A stretch of 14,820 nucleotides of DNA, from IMG/VR virus record IMGVR_UViG_3300045538_000409; one strand, given 5' to 3'. The stretch comes from a virus (Duplodnaviria; Heunggongvirae; Uroviricota; Caudoviricetes). The notes beneath the pieces were generated by a model. That model made no database searches and had not been told where the DNA came from. It worked only from the letters and a program-made list of their open reading frames with translations. The position numbers and the translations under genes were made by a program. Shown piece after piece: positions 1-8,802 of the stretch (position 1 is the first letter of the stretch; every line of letters begins with the position of its first letter).

Positions 1-1023
1 CAAATAGTTAAGAATTATGAAAATGTAACAACTGAGTTACCATTAACAGCATCAACTAATACATTAAACTGTACTGACATTACAACACTTGCGAACAACT
101 TCAGTACTACGACTACACTTGAAGAGATTGAGATAGTTAAAGGTAATGTTGGGTATGCTTTAGGTACAAAAACTAGTAATACTTTTTATGGATTCTGGTT
201 CACAGAAGAAAATGATAATACCATTGGTGTTTACGAGGTGGATTGGATATCTGGTAGTACTAACACATTTGAAAACTTATCTAATCAAGTTACTTCAGGA
301 TGTTGTCAAGTGATTAGTAGCATGTTTGAAACATATTCTAATACTTATCTACAAGGTATTAACCATTATAGTAAATTATCTTGGGATAAAAATAAAAATA
401 AGTGTGTATATAGTAAATGTGGTGATAATGGATGCACTAATTTAGATGATTTATTAACTACTGAACTGAGCGAAATAAATACTGTTCACGAATTTACTAC
501 AATACTTAGTAGTGAGTTAATTGACGTTAAAAATAGACAAACTATTAGCAGCTATCCAACGCTAAGAATGCTTTATGATAGATATAATACTCGCTCAGAA
601 GAATTCTGTGGTAACACTAGTTCAAAATTTGATTATTTTGATATGGATAAATTTGGAAAGACTGTTGGTGACTATTGGATAGATTTAATAGAACAAGTGG
701 TACCAGCTACTGCTATATGGGGGTCAACATATGCATATAAAAATACAGTATTTGACCAACAAAAATATAAGTATAGAAATAGTAATTTATACTTTAAGGA
801 CCCATCATCTAATTTCCCTATGTCAGCTATATCTATGGACACTAGCGTTAGTGTTAAAACGATTGATGTGTCAGAAAAACCACTAACTGGGGATACTATT
901 GATTTACAACCAACAGTTAGTGACTTTAATGAAGTTTGGATAATTGAAAATGGTTCGAATAGTGAATTTTTAGGGACAGTTAAAGTTAGAAATGATGGAA
1001 CTGGAATAATAACAGGAATTTAA
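1..1023 (+). CDS. C-terminal part of a large virion structural (tail/baseplate-region) protein, 5'-truncated by the window
   Basis: Frame 1 is open from base 1 (QIVKNYENVTTELPLTAST...) to TAA at 1021-1023, so the GTG at 238 is internal. Thr/Ser/Asn-rich beta-type composition, upstream of other structural genes. Confidence 0.7.
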   Translation, partial: QIVKNYENVTTELPLTASTNTLNCTDITTLANNFSTTTTLEEIEIVKGNVGYALGTKTSNTFYGFWFTEENDNTIGVYEVDWISGSTNTFENLSNQVTSGCCQVISSMFETYSNTYLQGINHYSKLSWDKNKNKCVYSKCGDNGCTNLDDLLTTELSEINTVHEFTTILSSELIDVKNRQTISSYPTLRMLYDRYNTRSEEFCGNTSSKFDYFDMDKFGKTVGDYWIDLIEQVVPATAIWGSTYAYKNTVFDQQKYKYRNSNLYFKDPSSNFPMSAISMDTSVSVKTIDVSEKPLTGDTIDLQPTVSDFNEVWIIENGSNSEFLGTVKVRNDGTGIITGI

Positions 1024-1032
1024 TATATTTAT
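1024..1032 (+). promoter_or_regulatory. Putative phage late promoter element TATATTTAT
   Basis: TATTTAT at 1026-1032, 4 nt before the ATG at 1037. The same core precedes 3189 and the minus-strand gene at 8783. Confidence 0.5.
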
Positions 1033-1036
1033 TGAC

Positions 1037-1279
1037 ATGCCAGTATTAATTAAAAATGTAACAGGACAAGTATTAGACAACATAAAAACTAATATTGAAG
1101 TTATTAAATTTACCGAATCATCATTTGGTTATGATGATTGGTTTAGAATTGGAATTATAGAAGTATTCTTACAAAATTTTAAGAAAGTTGTTGAAATAAC
1201 TGACTTAAATAAAAATAAAGAATTAGGTTTGACTATAAATAAAAATAAAAAATTTATAGATTTAGAAATATCATATTAA
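1037..1279 (+). CDS. Small hypothetical protein (80 aa) in the structural module
   Basis: ATG after the late-type motif. Stop overlaps the next start (TAATG at 1277-1281), indicating translational coupling. Confidence 0.7.
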   Translation: MPVLIKNVTGQVLDNIKTNIEVIKFTESSFGYDDWFRIGIIEVFLQNFKKVVEITDLNKNKELGLTINKNKKFIDLEISY

Positions 1280-3132
1280 TGAGCTATCAAGAAAGAAAAT
1301 ATAACCAAAACGGAAACTTTAATAGGAATTTTGCTGGTAGCGTACCAACAACTAGTTCAGATATTTGTGTTTTTAATAGACCTTCATTTATTATGAGTGG
1401 TGCTACAAAGATAGACTGCCCTGAAGTAACGTGTAACATCAATAATATACCTTACAACGACCTATTTACAGGTACCACAAATTGCTTTATTCAAAGTGCA
1501 TTATCTGGTTCATGTTTTAATGGTATTAATTGGATAACAAATGTATATGAGGATAATAATTTAAGTTACTCCAATACATTTTACACTTCAATAAGTTTAA
1601 GTGGTACCGTCATAGATGTAAGTGTATTTAGTGGTTCTGTAGTTACAGCATTTGACGCTCTAGATTATGATTATAATTTTGACGGAACTGGGTTTACTAT
1701 AACAAAACCATTACTAATTGAAAATATAAGACTGGAATTAACAACGGAATTAGAATTCAATGATATTTGTTTATTTACTGGTAATTGTTCAACCAACGAA
1801 GTTATTTGCGATTTAACGTTTAGCGGGTTAACGTTAAATGATACCAACGTACATCTTTTAACTGGTCAAACTGAAATAAATTTAACATTTAATTTTACTG
1901 GTAATACATCATCATTTATTGACGATAACGCTAAATTTAAGTATGAAATATATAAATATATACCTGAATTAGGTTTATTTAATAAACCGTCAATATACTC
2001 TTCAGATTACCTTGAATGGTCTGAATTTAGTGGTACTAGTGCATTTACTGACTCAGTACTTGTCAATAGCTTAAATCCTGATGGTGAATACTTAGTTAAG
2101 GGTCATTTTATACATAATGTATGTACTGAATTTGGGACATTATTAGGTTACACTTATTCTACAACTAGTAATATTAGTGGTGAAAGTTATGGGATATATG
2201 AATCAACTAGAGATAATTATTTTATAATGTTTAACGATGCTGATGAGCCAATATTACAAAATGGTACTGATGATAATGTTATCGGAAGTTTAACTGTAGC
2301 CTCATTAATAATAGAAGACAATACAACAGAATTTTTATTACCATACACTACTAGTAATTTTATAATATCGTTAAATGGTTTAGTTTTAGCGAATGAATTA
2401 GATTATTCATTAAGTAGTCTTGAATTAGAAAGCGGTATAGTAAATAGGTTAAACTTATCAGGAGTTACCGTTAGTGGAGATGTATTAACATATGTTTATA
2501 CTAATAGTGAAACTTTTAATAATATAAAAGCTGAAAATTTTGATATATTAACACCTATAACAAGTGGTACTACGAACAATGAAGGGTTAAATACAGTATA
2601 TTATAACACCAACACGAATAAGTATGAACTATTCTTAAGCATGACACCAGTCAATGGTAATGATATAGTACTTACACTTAATGGTATTATGTTAGCAAAC
2701 AATATTGATTATTACCAATCAATTAGTAACCCTAAAAGGATTATTATTAATGGTAATATTATAATTGGTGATATATTAACTGTTTATTATAATACAAACA
2801 CTAATATACAAGGTGAACAATTCGGAACATCGATATTAGTAAATTGGTTAATTCAAAATGCACCTCAGAATAACAATGGTCATTTTACAGTGGAAATAGC
2901 TTCAGATATAAACTTTAATAATATAATATTATCTGGAACTATAAATTACGAAGCGGGCTCAACTGGATACGGATTATCACTTAACTTAATCGGCGGATTA
3001 GGTGATAAACAATATTATAGGGTTAAAAATACCAAAAAATTTACAACACTTTGTGGTGAAACATTAATATCTGAGAAATATAGTGAAATAGTTGCAATAA
3101 CAATACAAACAAATTTAAATAATTCTTACTAA
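1279..3132 (+). CDS. Virion structural protein (617 aa) with two internal beta-sandwich-like repeats and a C-terminal FN3/Ig-like domain
   Basis: Two LNG(L/I)xLANxxDY...GD(V/I)LT(Y/V)xY repeats. C-terminal VNW...FTVEIASDINFNNII...YYRVK pattern is FN3-like. Coupled to the upstream ORF. Confidence 0.7.
   Translation: MSYQERKYNQNGNFNRNFAGSVPTTSSDICVFNRPSFIMSGATKIDCPEVTCNINNIPYNDLFTGTTNCFIQSALSGSCFNGINWITNVYEDNNLSYSNTFYTSISLSGTVIDVSVFSGSVVTAFDALDYDYNFDGTGFTITKPLLIENIRLELTTELEFNDICLFTGNCSTNEVICDLTFSGLTLNDTNVHLLTGQTEINLTFNFTGNTSSFIDDNAKFKYEIYKYIPELGLFNKPSIYSSDYLEWSEFSGTSAFTDSVLVNSLNPDGEYLVKGHFIHNVCTEFGTLLGYTYSTTSNISGESYGIYESTRDNYFIMFNDADEPILQNGTDDNVIGSLTVASLIIEDNTTEFLLPYTTSNFIISLNGLVLANELDYSLSSLELESGIVNRLNLSGVTVSGDVLTYVYTNSETFNNIKAENFDILTPITSGTTNNEGLNTVYYNTNTNKYELFLSMTPVNGNDIVLTLNGIMLANNIDYYQSISNPKRIIINGNIIIGDILTVYYNTNTNIQGEQFGTSILVNWLIQNAPQNNNGHFTVEIASDINFNNIILSGTINYEAGSTGYGLSLNLIGGLGDKQYYRVKNTKKFTTLCGETLISEKYSEIVAITIQTNLNNSY
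2371..2790 (+). repeat. Protein-level internal duplication (2371-2499 and 2677-2790, starts 102 codons apart)
   Basis: LNGLVLANELDY...GDVLTYVY versus LNGIMLANNIDY...GDILTVYY. Confidence 0.75.
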
Positions 3133-3147
3133 ACATTTATTTTTAAG

Positions 3148-3184
3148 TATTTATAATTAAAATAAAGATAAAACGATATTTATA
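3148..3184 (+). promoter_or_regulatory. Tandem putative late promoter elements TATTTATA (3148-3155 and 3177-3184)
   Basis: Two exact 8-mers in a 56-nt intergenic gap; the second ends 4 nt before the ATG at 3189. Confidence 0.6.
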
Positions 3185-3188
3185 GAAT

Positions 3189-5342
3189 ATGAGCTACATT
3201 ATAAACAACACTAGTGCCTTTGTAAACATTAAACTAACTGAAACTGGTAGACAGAAGTTAGCACAAGGACAATTAAACTTTTCATTTTGGGGCATAGGTG
3301 ATTCCGAAATTAACTATGACCGTGAAGATATTCATGACGACTATCCTTCAGATTCAACTTTATCTGGAAGCAGTAGAGTACTTAGACCATTTGATAGACA
3401 ACCAAATATTAAGTCATTTATAACTGCAAACAATAATAATAACAATAACTTAAATGTCTTAGATAGCTCACAAATTACAACTATTAAAGCGATAGTTAAT
3501 AACCAAGCAACACAAAGAGGTTTTTTTAGCGGAAATAGTTCAAATTACATAACATATACTGCAGATACTTATACAAATGGTACTGGTACTGTTACATCGT
3601 TAACTGGTGGTACATCTTTAGTTATTGGTACTGGTAATACTTACAATGTTGGCGATTTAATATTATTAAAAGTGGGTAATGATACCGTTGGTAGTCTTAA
3701 TTTAAATCAAAATACAATACCTGTTCCACACTTATGGTATAAAATACAAAATATAACAACTACATTTAATACAAATGACACTGTAACATTAGACAGAACA
3801 TTACCCAATAATGGAGCTACAACGGCAACAACTCAATTCTTTATTTATCCAGGTGGAGAAGTTTATGGAGCGTATGGTTTTGAAGAAACAACACCTTATT
3901 GGAACAGTAATACTTTAGATTTTGCTGGTAATTGTGATATTTCATGTGGGGATGTCCCAGTATGGAATCAAAATAATGTATGGTGTGAGAATTTAGCAGG
4001 TATGACTGGTGCAAGTATAAATAATACCCTAGCTACACCAAATGAAAGTTTTGAAAAGTTTGGTTCTAATAGTTATTTAGGTCAAAAATACCCATACTTT
4101 GAAGTAGATTGTACTGGTCAATCAATAGGTAATGATATATGTGACGTTCCTGGAGAATCAGTAATTGATGACGCTAAAAAATCAATATCAATAATACATT
4201 ACACTAATAATACTATTTCAAATTATTACGGTGAGTTTTTCTATATCGATGGAGGTAATGGTAAAACCTTAAGTTTAGATTTACCTGATTTAATGTATCA
4301 TAGAAGAAATTTTGCAACTGAAACAGGCACAACAATGGGTATGACTTTTATAGCAACAGGTACAACTAAATTATTAGGTACTAGTGAAATAGAATATATT
4401 GATTTAATTGAGAACCCAACTATGGTTAGCGATAACCCTAGAGTGGTAGGTAAAGTATTACCACAATTAAAAACTATTATATTTGAAGACGATGAAATAG
4501 TTGCCGCTACATCATATAAGTCAAATAGAAACTGGACACTTCCAGCACTTAAGGCTAAATTAGTTGGTTCAGCTAATGGTGTAAATGGTGGTATATTGGA
4601 GACAAATAAAACAATGTATATTACTTATACATTTGAAAACACAACAGGAACTGGTCTTACAACAACATTACCATGTCAATATTACACTAAGTTAGCTAAC
4701 AACACTTCTAGTACTAAAGATGTTCAATTTAATATTGAAAATTTAGACTTGTTACCGTACATGAGAAAAGAAGAAAAATTAACTTATGATGGTATGGGAT
4801 TCTCAGCTAGAGAATTTAAAGTATTATATCAAATTGTAGATAATTCATTAGACAGGCCATTACCTAACGCTTGGAATGTTTATGATTTTACTTCTACAAA
4901 TATAACTACCGTTAGTAGTGAGACTATTGACCCTAAATTATTGGAAAGACAAAACCCAGATTTAAATGGTTTCTTAATTGATACTAACGTATCAAGTAGT
5001 GCAACAACTTTTAGTATAATTAATTCATTAAATATGGCAACTAATAGCTCACCAAACTCTCTTCAATTTGGTGATGAAAGATTTTTCTATGGAAATTTAG
5101 AAACATATATTGGCGCTACAATATTTAAGACATTATTTAATATTAACATATCAGCAGATAACTTTAAGTCAACAAGCAATATAACTAGACCAAATAGTTT
5201 AGTTAATGCCCCTGACATTAGAGTAACTGAAGTAGGTATTTACGATGACACTAATTCATTAGTAATGATAGGTAAATTAAGTAAACCAGTTAAATTAAGT
5301 GCGGGGAATACAATAATGATTGAGCTTAGCGTGGATTTTTAA
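3189..5342 (+). CDS. Tail/baseplate structural protein (717 aa) with a split P2 gpH-like (DUF3751-like) fibre-attachment domain
   Basis: N-terminal KLTETGRQKLA...WGIGDS and C-terminal RVTEVGIYDDTNSLVMIGKL resemble the LTxxGxxKLA...VGDG and IREVGLFDESGALIAVG segments of the P2 gpH N-terminal domain. Confidence 0.65.
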   Translation: MSYIINNTSAFVNIKLTETGRQKLAQGQLNFSFWGIGDSEINYDREDIHDDYPSDSTLSGSSRVLRPFDRQPNIKSFITANNNNNNNLNVLDSSQITTIKAIVNNQATQRGFFSGNSSNYITYTADTYTNGTGTVTSLTGGTSLVIGTGNTYNVGDLILLKVGNDTVGSLNLNQNTIPVPHLWYKIQNITTTFNTNDTVTLDRTLPNNGATTATTQFFIYPGGEVYGAYGFEETTPYWNSNTLDFAGNCDISCGDVPVWNQNNVWCENLAGMTGASINNTLATPNESFEKFGSNSYLGQKYPYFEVDCTGQSIGNDICDVPGESVIDDAKKSISIIHYTNNTISNYYGEFFYIDGGNGKTLSLDLPDLMYHRRNFATETGTTMGMTFIATGTTKLLGTSEIEYIDLIENPTMVSDNPRVVGKVLPQLKTIIFEDDEIVAATSYKSNRNWTLPALKAKLVGSANGVNGGILETNKTMYITYTFENTTGTGLTTTLPCQYYTKLANNTSSTKDVQFNIENLDLLPYMRKEEKLTYDGMGFSAREFKVLYQIVDNSLDRPLPNAWNVYDFTSTNITTVSSETIDPKLLERQNPDLNGFLIDTNVSSSATTFSIINSLNMATNSSPNSLQFGDERFFYGNLETYIGATIFKTLFNINISADNFKSTSNITRPNSLVNAPDIRVTEVGIYDDTNSLVMIGKLSKPVKLSAGNTIMIELSVDF
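3429..3449 (+). repeat. AAY trinucleotide run encoding Asn7
   Basis: aac aat aat aat aac aat aac, in frame. Confidence 0.85.
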
Positions 5343-5357
5343 AATAAAATAAAAAAA

Positions 5358-6560
5358 ATGGGATTTTTAACAAATACAACGGAATATAATTTAGTCGCTA
5401 AATTAACACCACAAGGTAGAATTAGATTAATAACTAGTGCAAACAGTTTACCTAGTACTTTCAGTTTAGGTGACTCCGATGCGTATTACGCAACACTCTC
5501 AGGTCTTACTGGAGGTGAAGTTCCAGCTATTTCTGGAAATGAAAATGGTAATGACGTTAATAACGGTGGAGCTAATTATATAATGAGAAGTACACTTAAT
5601 TATAATGCTAATACAGATAAAAAACCTGTTGACCCATCATCTATTTTAGTAACATCTACTCATGAACATATTGGATATAACACTATTTACTATAGTGCTG
5701 GTTCAATAACTCAAAATTTAGCATCATTAAGTGATATAAGTGATAGATATACTAATCTTTTTTATTCATTTGGGTTGCCAATCACAAACAATGAATTTAA
5801 CACATACACTGGTTTAACTATTAATCAAGGTGGGTTATCTGACACAGCATTAAGTGGTCTTGCACAAACTAACATATTAGTTATAGGTATCGATGTTGAA
5901 GAATATTCAGAATTAATTGATGGTAAAACTATAAAATTAGAATTAGAAACTAGTGCATCAACATATACCATTTATGGAACTTATGAAAATAAAAGTGTTT
6001 CTTTAACTAGTGAAGATGCTGCAATAATTGACAAATCAGTTAATATTACCAAATTTGGACCCAATAGAACTCTATTATTTTCAGATGAAATACTTAAACC
6101 TAATGGTGGGGATGTTACAAAAAGCTGGTCAACTGGTTACGCTCAAACTAAACCTTTCAGTGTTAATAAGAAAGAATTATATAATATAAGAACAAATACA
6201 AATACTTCTAAAGTAGCTGACTCACCAGTAGGTATTGCTTATTTAGATAAAGGATTTATAGTAATTACTGAACCAACGATAGTAAATTCATTCAACCCTA
6301 TTTATTCAGGTTCAAGTGCTACTACCATTACATTTGATAGTGTTAGAACTAAGGTGTCTCAATCAATCACTTGTATTGCTGGTAGAAGCGAATTTAGCGT
6401 ATCTAACAATCCAACATGGAGCGCAGGTGATATTCCAAGAATAACAGAAGTTGGTATCTTTGACGCTAATAATACACTTATTGCTATTGGTAAGTTAAAT
6501 AAAACATATGAAAAACCTGCAAATGATTTTGTAGCGTTTAATATTACTATTCAATATTAA
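5358..6560 (+). CDS. Tail/baseplate structural protein (400 aa), paralogue of 3189-5342
   Basis: KLTPQGR...LGDS at the N-terminus and RITEVGIFDANNTLIAIGKL at the C-terminus, at the same offsets from the termini as in the upstream gene. A-rich leader (aataaaataaaaaaa) with no SD. Confidence 0.65.
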   Translation: MGFLTNTTEYNLVAKLTPQGRIRLITSANSLPSTFSLGDSDAYYATLSGLTGGEVPAISGNENGNDVNNGGANYIMRSTLNYNANTDKKPVDPSSILVTSTHEHIGYNTIYYSAGSITQNLASLSDISDRYTNLFYSFGLPITNNEFNTYTGLTINQGGLSDTALSGLAQTNILVIGIDVEEYSELIDGKTIKLELETSASTYTIYGTYENKSVSLTSEDAAIIDKSVNITKFGPNRTLLFSDEILKPNGGDVTKSWSTGYAQTKPFSVNKKELYNIRTNTNTSKVADSPVGIAYLDKGFIVITEPTIVNSFNPIYSGSSATTITFDSVRTKVSQSITCIAGRSEFSVSNNPTWSAGDIPRITEVGIFDANNTLIAIGKLNKTYEKPANDFVAFNITIQY

Positions 6561-6585
6561 TAGTTTACATTTAAAAAATATAACT

Positions 6586-6594
6586 TATATTTAG
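6586..6594 (+). promoter_or_regulatory. Late-like promoter element TATATTTAG upstream of ruvC
   Basis: One mismatch from TATATTTAT, flanked by the 5-bp inverted repeat taact/agtta. No TTG at the 20-nt spacing used by the host-type promoters. Confidence 0.35.
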
Positions 6595-6608
6595 TTAAAA
6601 TTAATATA

Positions 6609-7262
6609 ATGGAATTAGAAAATAGTAAAAATAGCTTTATTTTAGGGTTAGACGTGAGCACGAAAACAATTGGGATTGCTTTATTTGAAAATGAAGGTAA
6701 AAATGGTAAGTTAAAATTACTTCATCATGTGACACCAAAGATTAAACCGCAACCTAAAAATAAAATGCAAGAGCTTTTTGAAAAAGCTAAAATATTTGAA
6801 GATGAATTTTTAAATAAATATTCAGATATTGGTATTACTAGAGTGATTATTGAAGAACCTCTTTTACGTTCAAATAATGTAAATACTATCGCAACACTTC
6901 TTAGATTTAACGGTATGATTTCTAGGTCGGTATATGACACACTAGGTGTCGTCCCTGACTACATATCATCATATGACGCTAGAAAATACGCATTTCCAGA
7001 ACTTATGGCAATAAGAACACATGATAAAAAGGGCGAACCATATACTGAAAAGCAAATCGCAAAAAACAAACCTGTATTATTCGGAGCGCATCCATGGGAT
7101 ATTGATAAGAAGGTAGTTATTTGGAACCTAGTATCAGACCTTGAACCACAAATTAATTGGCTATATTGTAAAAACAAAATATTAAAAAAGGAAAACTACG
7201 ACATGAGCGATTCGTTTGCGGCGGTAGTTGGATTCCAACGTAAACATAGTGATTGGATTTAA
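6609..7262 (+). CDS. ruvC: RuvC-like Holliday junction resolvase
   Basis: RNase H-fold catalytic motifs: ILGLDVSTKTIGIAL (Asp), VIIEEP (Glu), YDMSDSFAAV (Asp). Confidence 0.85.
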   Translation: MELENSKNSFILGLDVSTKTIGIALFENEGKNGKLKLLHHVTPKIKPQPKNKMQELFEKAKIFEDEFLNKYSDIGITRVIIEEPLLRSNNVNTIATLLRFNGMISRSVYDTLGVVPDYISSYDARKYAFPELMAIRTHDKKGEPYTEKQIAKNKPVLFGAHPWDIDKKVVIWNLVSDLEPQINWLYCKNKILKKENYDMSDSFAAVVGFQRKHSDWI

Positions 7263-7271
7263 TTTAAAAAC

Positions 7272-7302
7272 TTGTTTTTTTTCTTTTTTATTAATATATT
7301 TG
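7272..7302 (+). promoter_or_regulatory. Bacteroidota sigmaA-type promoter (-33 TTG, 20-nt spacer, -7 TATATTTG)
   Basis: TTG 7272-7274 and TATATTTG 7295-7302 match the established Bacteroidota TTTG / TAnnTTTG consensus. Identical architecture at 8812 and 13588. Confidence 0.75.
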
Positions 7303-7307
7303 TACTC

Positions 7308-8270
7308 ATGAGTAATATGATTGTAAATATATTAAAACAATTTCTAGGTGAACCTCACAGCCACAGTGAAGATAGCGGAGAAGTTACCTTTAACTGTCCA
7401 GCGTGTGCTGAAGACAAGGGATTACCTAACGGTAAGGGTGATGGGAAATTTAAATTAGCTGTAAATTACAAGATAAACACGTTCCAATGTTGGGTTTGTA
7501 AGTTTGAAAATAATATGCATGGTAAAGTTCCTATCCTTATTAAAAGGTATGGAAACAAAAGAATACTTAAAGAGTATGAAATCGTAAGACCTTCAATACA
7601 CGATATTAATCACAAACTAAAAGATGAAAACACAAAATTAACATTACCAAAAGGATTTAAAAAACTTTCAGAGTGTACTCATAAAGATTTTAACTACGTT
7701 AAAGCTTATGATTATATCATTAAAAGAGGTATTACTGACCATATGATTAATCAATTTAACATAGGTTATACTACTGTAGGTAATTATCACAATAGAGTAA
7801 TTATACCATCGTATGATGATACTGGCGATTTAAATTATTTCGTTAGTAGAAGTTGGGATAAATGGAAAAAACCAAAATATCTAAATCCTGACGTACCTAA
7901 ACAAGAATTTATATTTAATGAAAATCTAATTAATTGGGATGGGACCATATATTTAGTTGAAGGTGTTTTCGACCATATAGTTATACCTAATTCAATACCT
8001 CTATTAGGTAAAACCATGTACAATAGATTAAAAAGTGCATTACTTAAGAATGCAAAGTCTGATGTCGTTATACTCTTAGATGATGATGCTAAAGATGATG
8101 CAATTGAAATTTATAAACAATTAAATGTTGGTGCGTTATACGGTAGAATAAAGAAGTGTTCACCACCAACTGACACCGACCCATCATTAGTATTCGAAAG
8201 AGAAGGTAATACTGGTATTATTAATTTACTCAGAAGCTCTGATTATATACCAGAGAGTAAACTTTATTAA
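7308..8270 (+). CDS. dnaG: DNA primase, DnaG-type (4-Cys zinc-binding domain plus TOPRIM), 320 aa
   Basis: CPAC...CWVC zinc finger, YLVEGVFD and LDDDA TOPRIM motifs. Start moved from the TTG at 7272 (which is the -33 element) to ATG 7308; ATG 7317 is an alternative. Confidence 0.9.
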   Translation: MSNMIVNILKQFLGEPHSHSEDSGEVTFNCPACAEDKGLPNGKGDGKFKLAVNYKINTFQCWVCKFENNMHGKVPILIKRYGNKRILKEYEIVRPSIHDINHKLKDENTKLTLPKGFKKLSECTHKDFNYVKAYDYIIKRGITDHMINQFNIGYTTVGNYHNRVIIPSYDDTGDLNYFVSRSWDKWKKPKYLNPDVPKQEFIFNENLINWDGTIYLVEGVFDHIVIPNSIPLLGKTMYNRLKSALLKNAKSDVVILLDDDAKDDAIEIYKQLNVGALYGRIKKCSPPTDTDPSLVFEREGNTGIINLLRSSDYIPESKLY

Positions 8271-8783
8271 TTATATATTTTTAAATTGGTTTATTAGCTC
8301 ATCATTACCTTTCAAATAGTTAGAAACACATAACTCACCCATATCGTTAGATACACATGAAATATTAGGTTCATTTTTTAATTTAGACCATATTTTAGGT
8401 ATTTCAACATCATTAAGTCTTCTAGCATTAGCACTATATAAATGACCAAAAGCATGTATTAAAGCGACATGTAATTTATAACCCAAACCTAACCCTCTAA
8501 GACTATCAGCAATGAATAAGTGTGGCTGATATAATCCATTTCTGGTTAATTGTATCTCTAAAGAAATAGCATTAGACAAATCTAATTGGACTGGAAGGAT
8601 TACCCTTAATATAACAGGTGAATCTTCATTTAATTGTTCAAAATCAATATCTTTCCATGATAGATTTTTAATAGATTCTCTATCAGCATCTGACAACTCA
8701 ACATCTTTCACTGGTTTACCTATCGGTAAAGATATATCTTCCAACAACCCTTCTCTAAGTAATCTCTTAATCAATCCTTTCAT
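8271..8783 (-). CDS. GNAT-fold (acetyltransferase-like) protein, 170 aa, with a basic amphipathic N-terminal leader
   Basis: HLFIADSLRGLGLGYKLHVALI contains the R/QxxGxG acyl-CoA-binding motif A between a beta strand and a helix (RGLGLG at 8498-8481). NDVEIPKIWSKL resembles the downstream GNAT helix. Has its own TATTTATA upstream. Confidence 0.65.
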   Translation of the reverse strand: MKGLIKRLLREGLLEDISLPIGKPVKDVELSDADRESIKNLSWKDIDFEQLNEDSPVILRVILPVQLDLSNAISLEIQLTRNGLYQPHLFIADSLRGLGLGYKLHVALIHAFGHLYSANARRLNDVEIPKIWSKLKNEPNISCVSNDMGELCVSNYLKGNDELINQFKNI

Positions 8784-8802
8784 ATGTAAATGATAATTTA
8801 TA

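Noticed and set aside
238-240. ORF-track start at GTG 238
   Set aside because: The frame is open back to base 1; the gene starts outside the window.
4478-4485. Intragenic TATATTTG
   Set aside because: No TTG at the 20-nt spacing and inside a coding region; a likely chance match in AT-rich DNA.
7272-7307. ORF-track N-terminus MFFFFFINIFVL of the primase as a signal or membrane segment
   Set aside because: It is a translation of the promoter (TTG, T-tract, TATATTTG); the real start is ATG 7308 or 7317.
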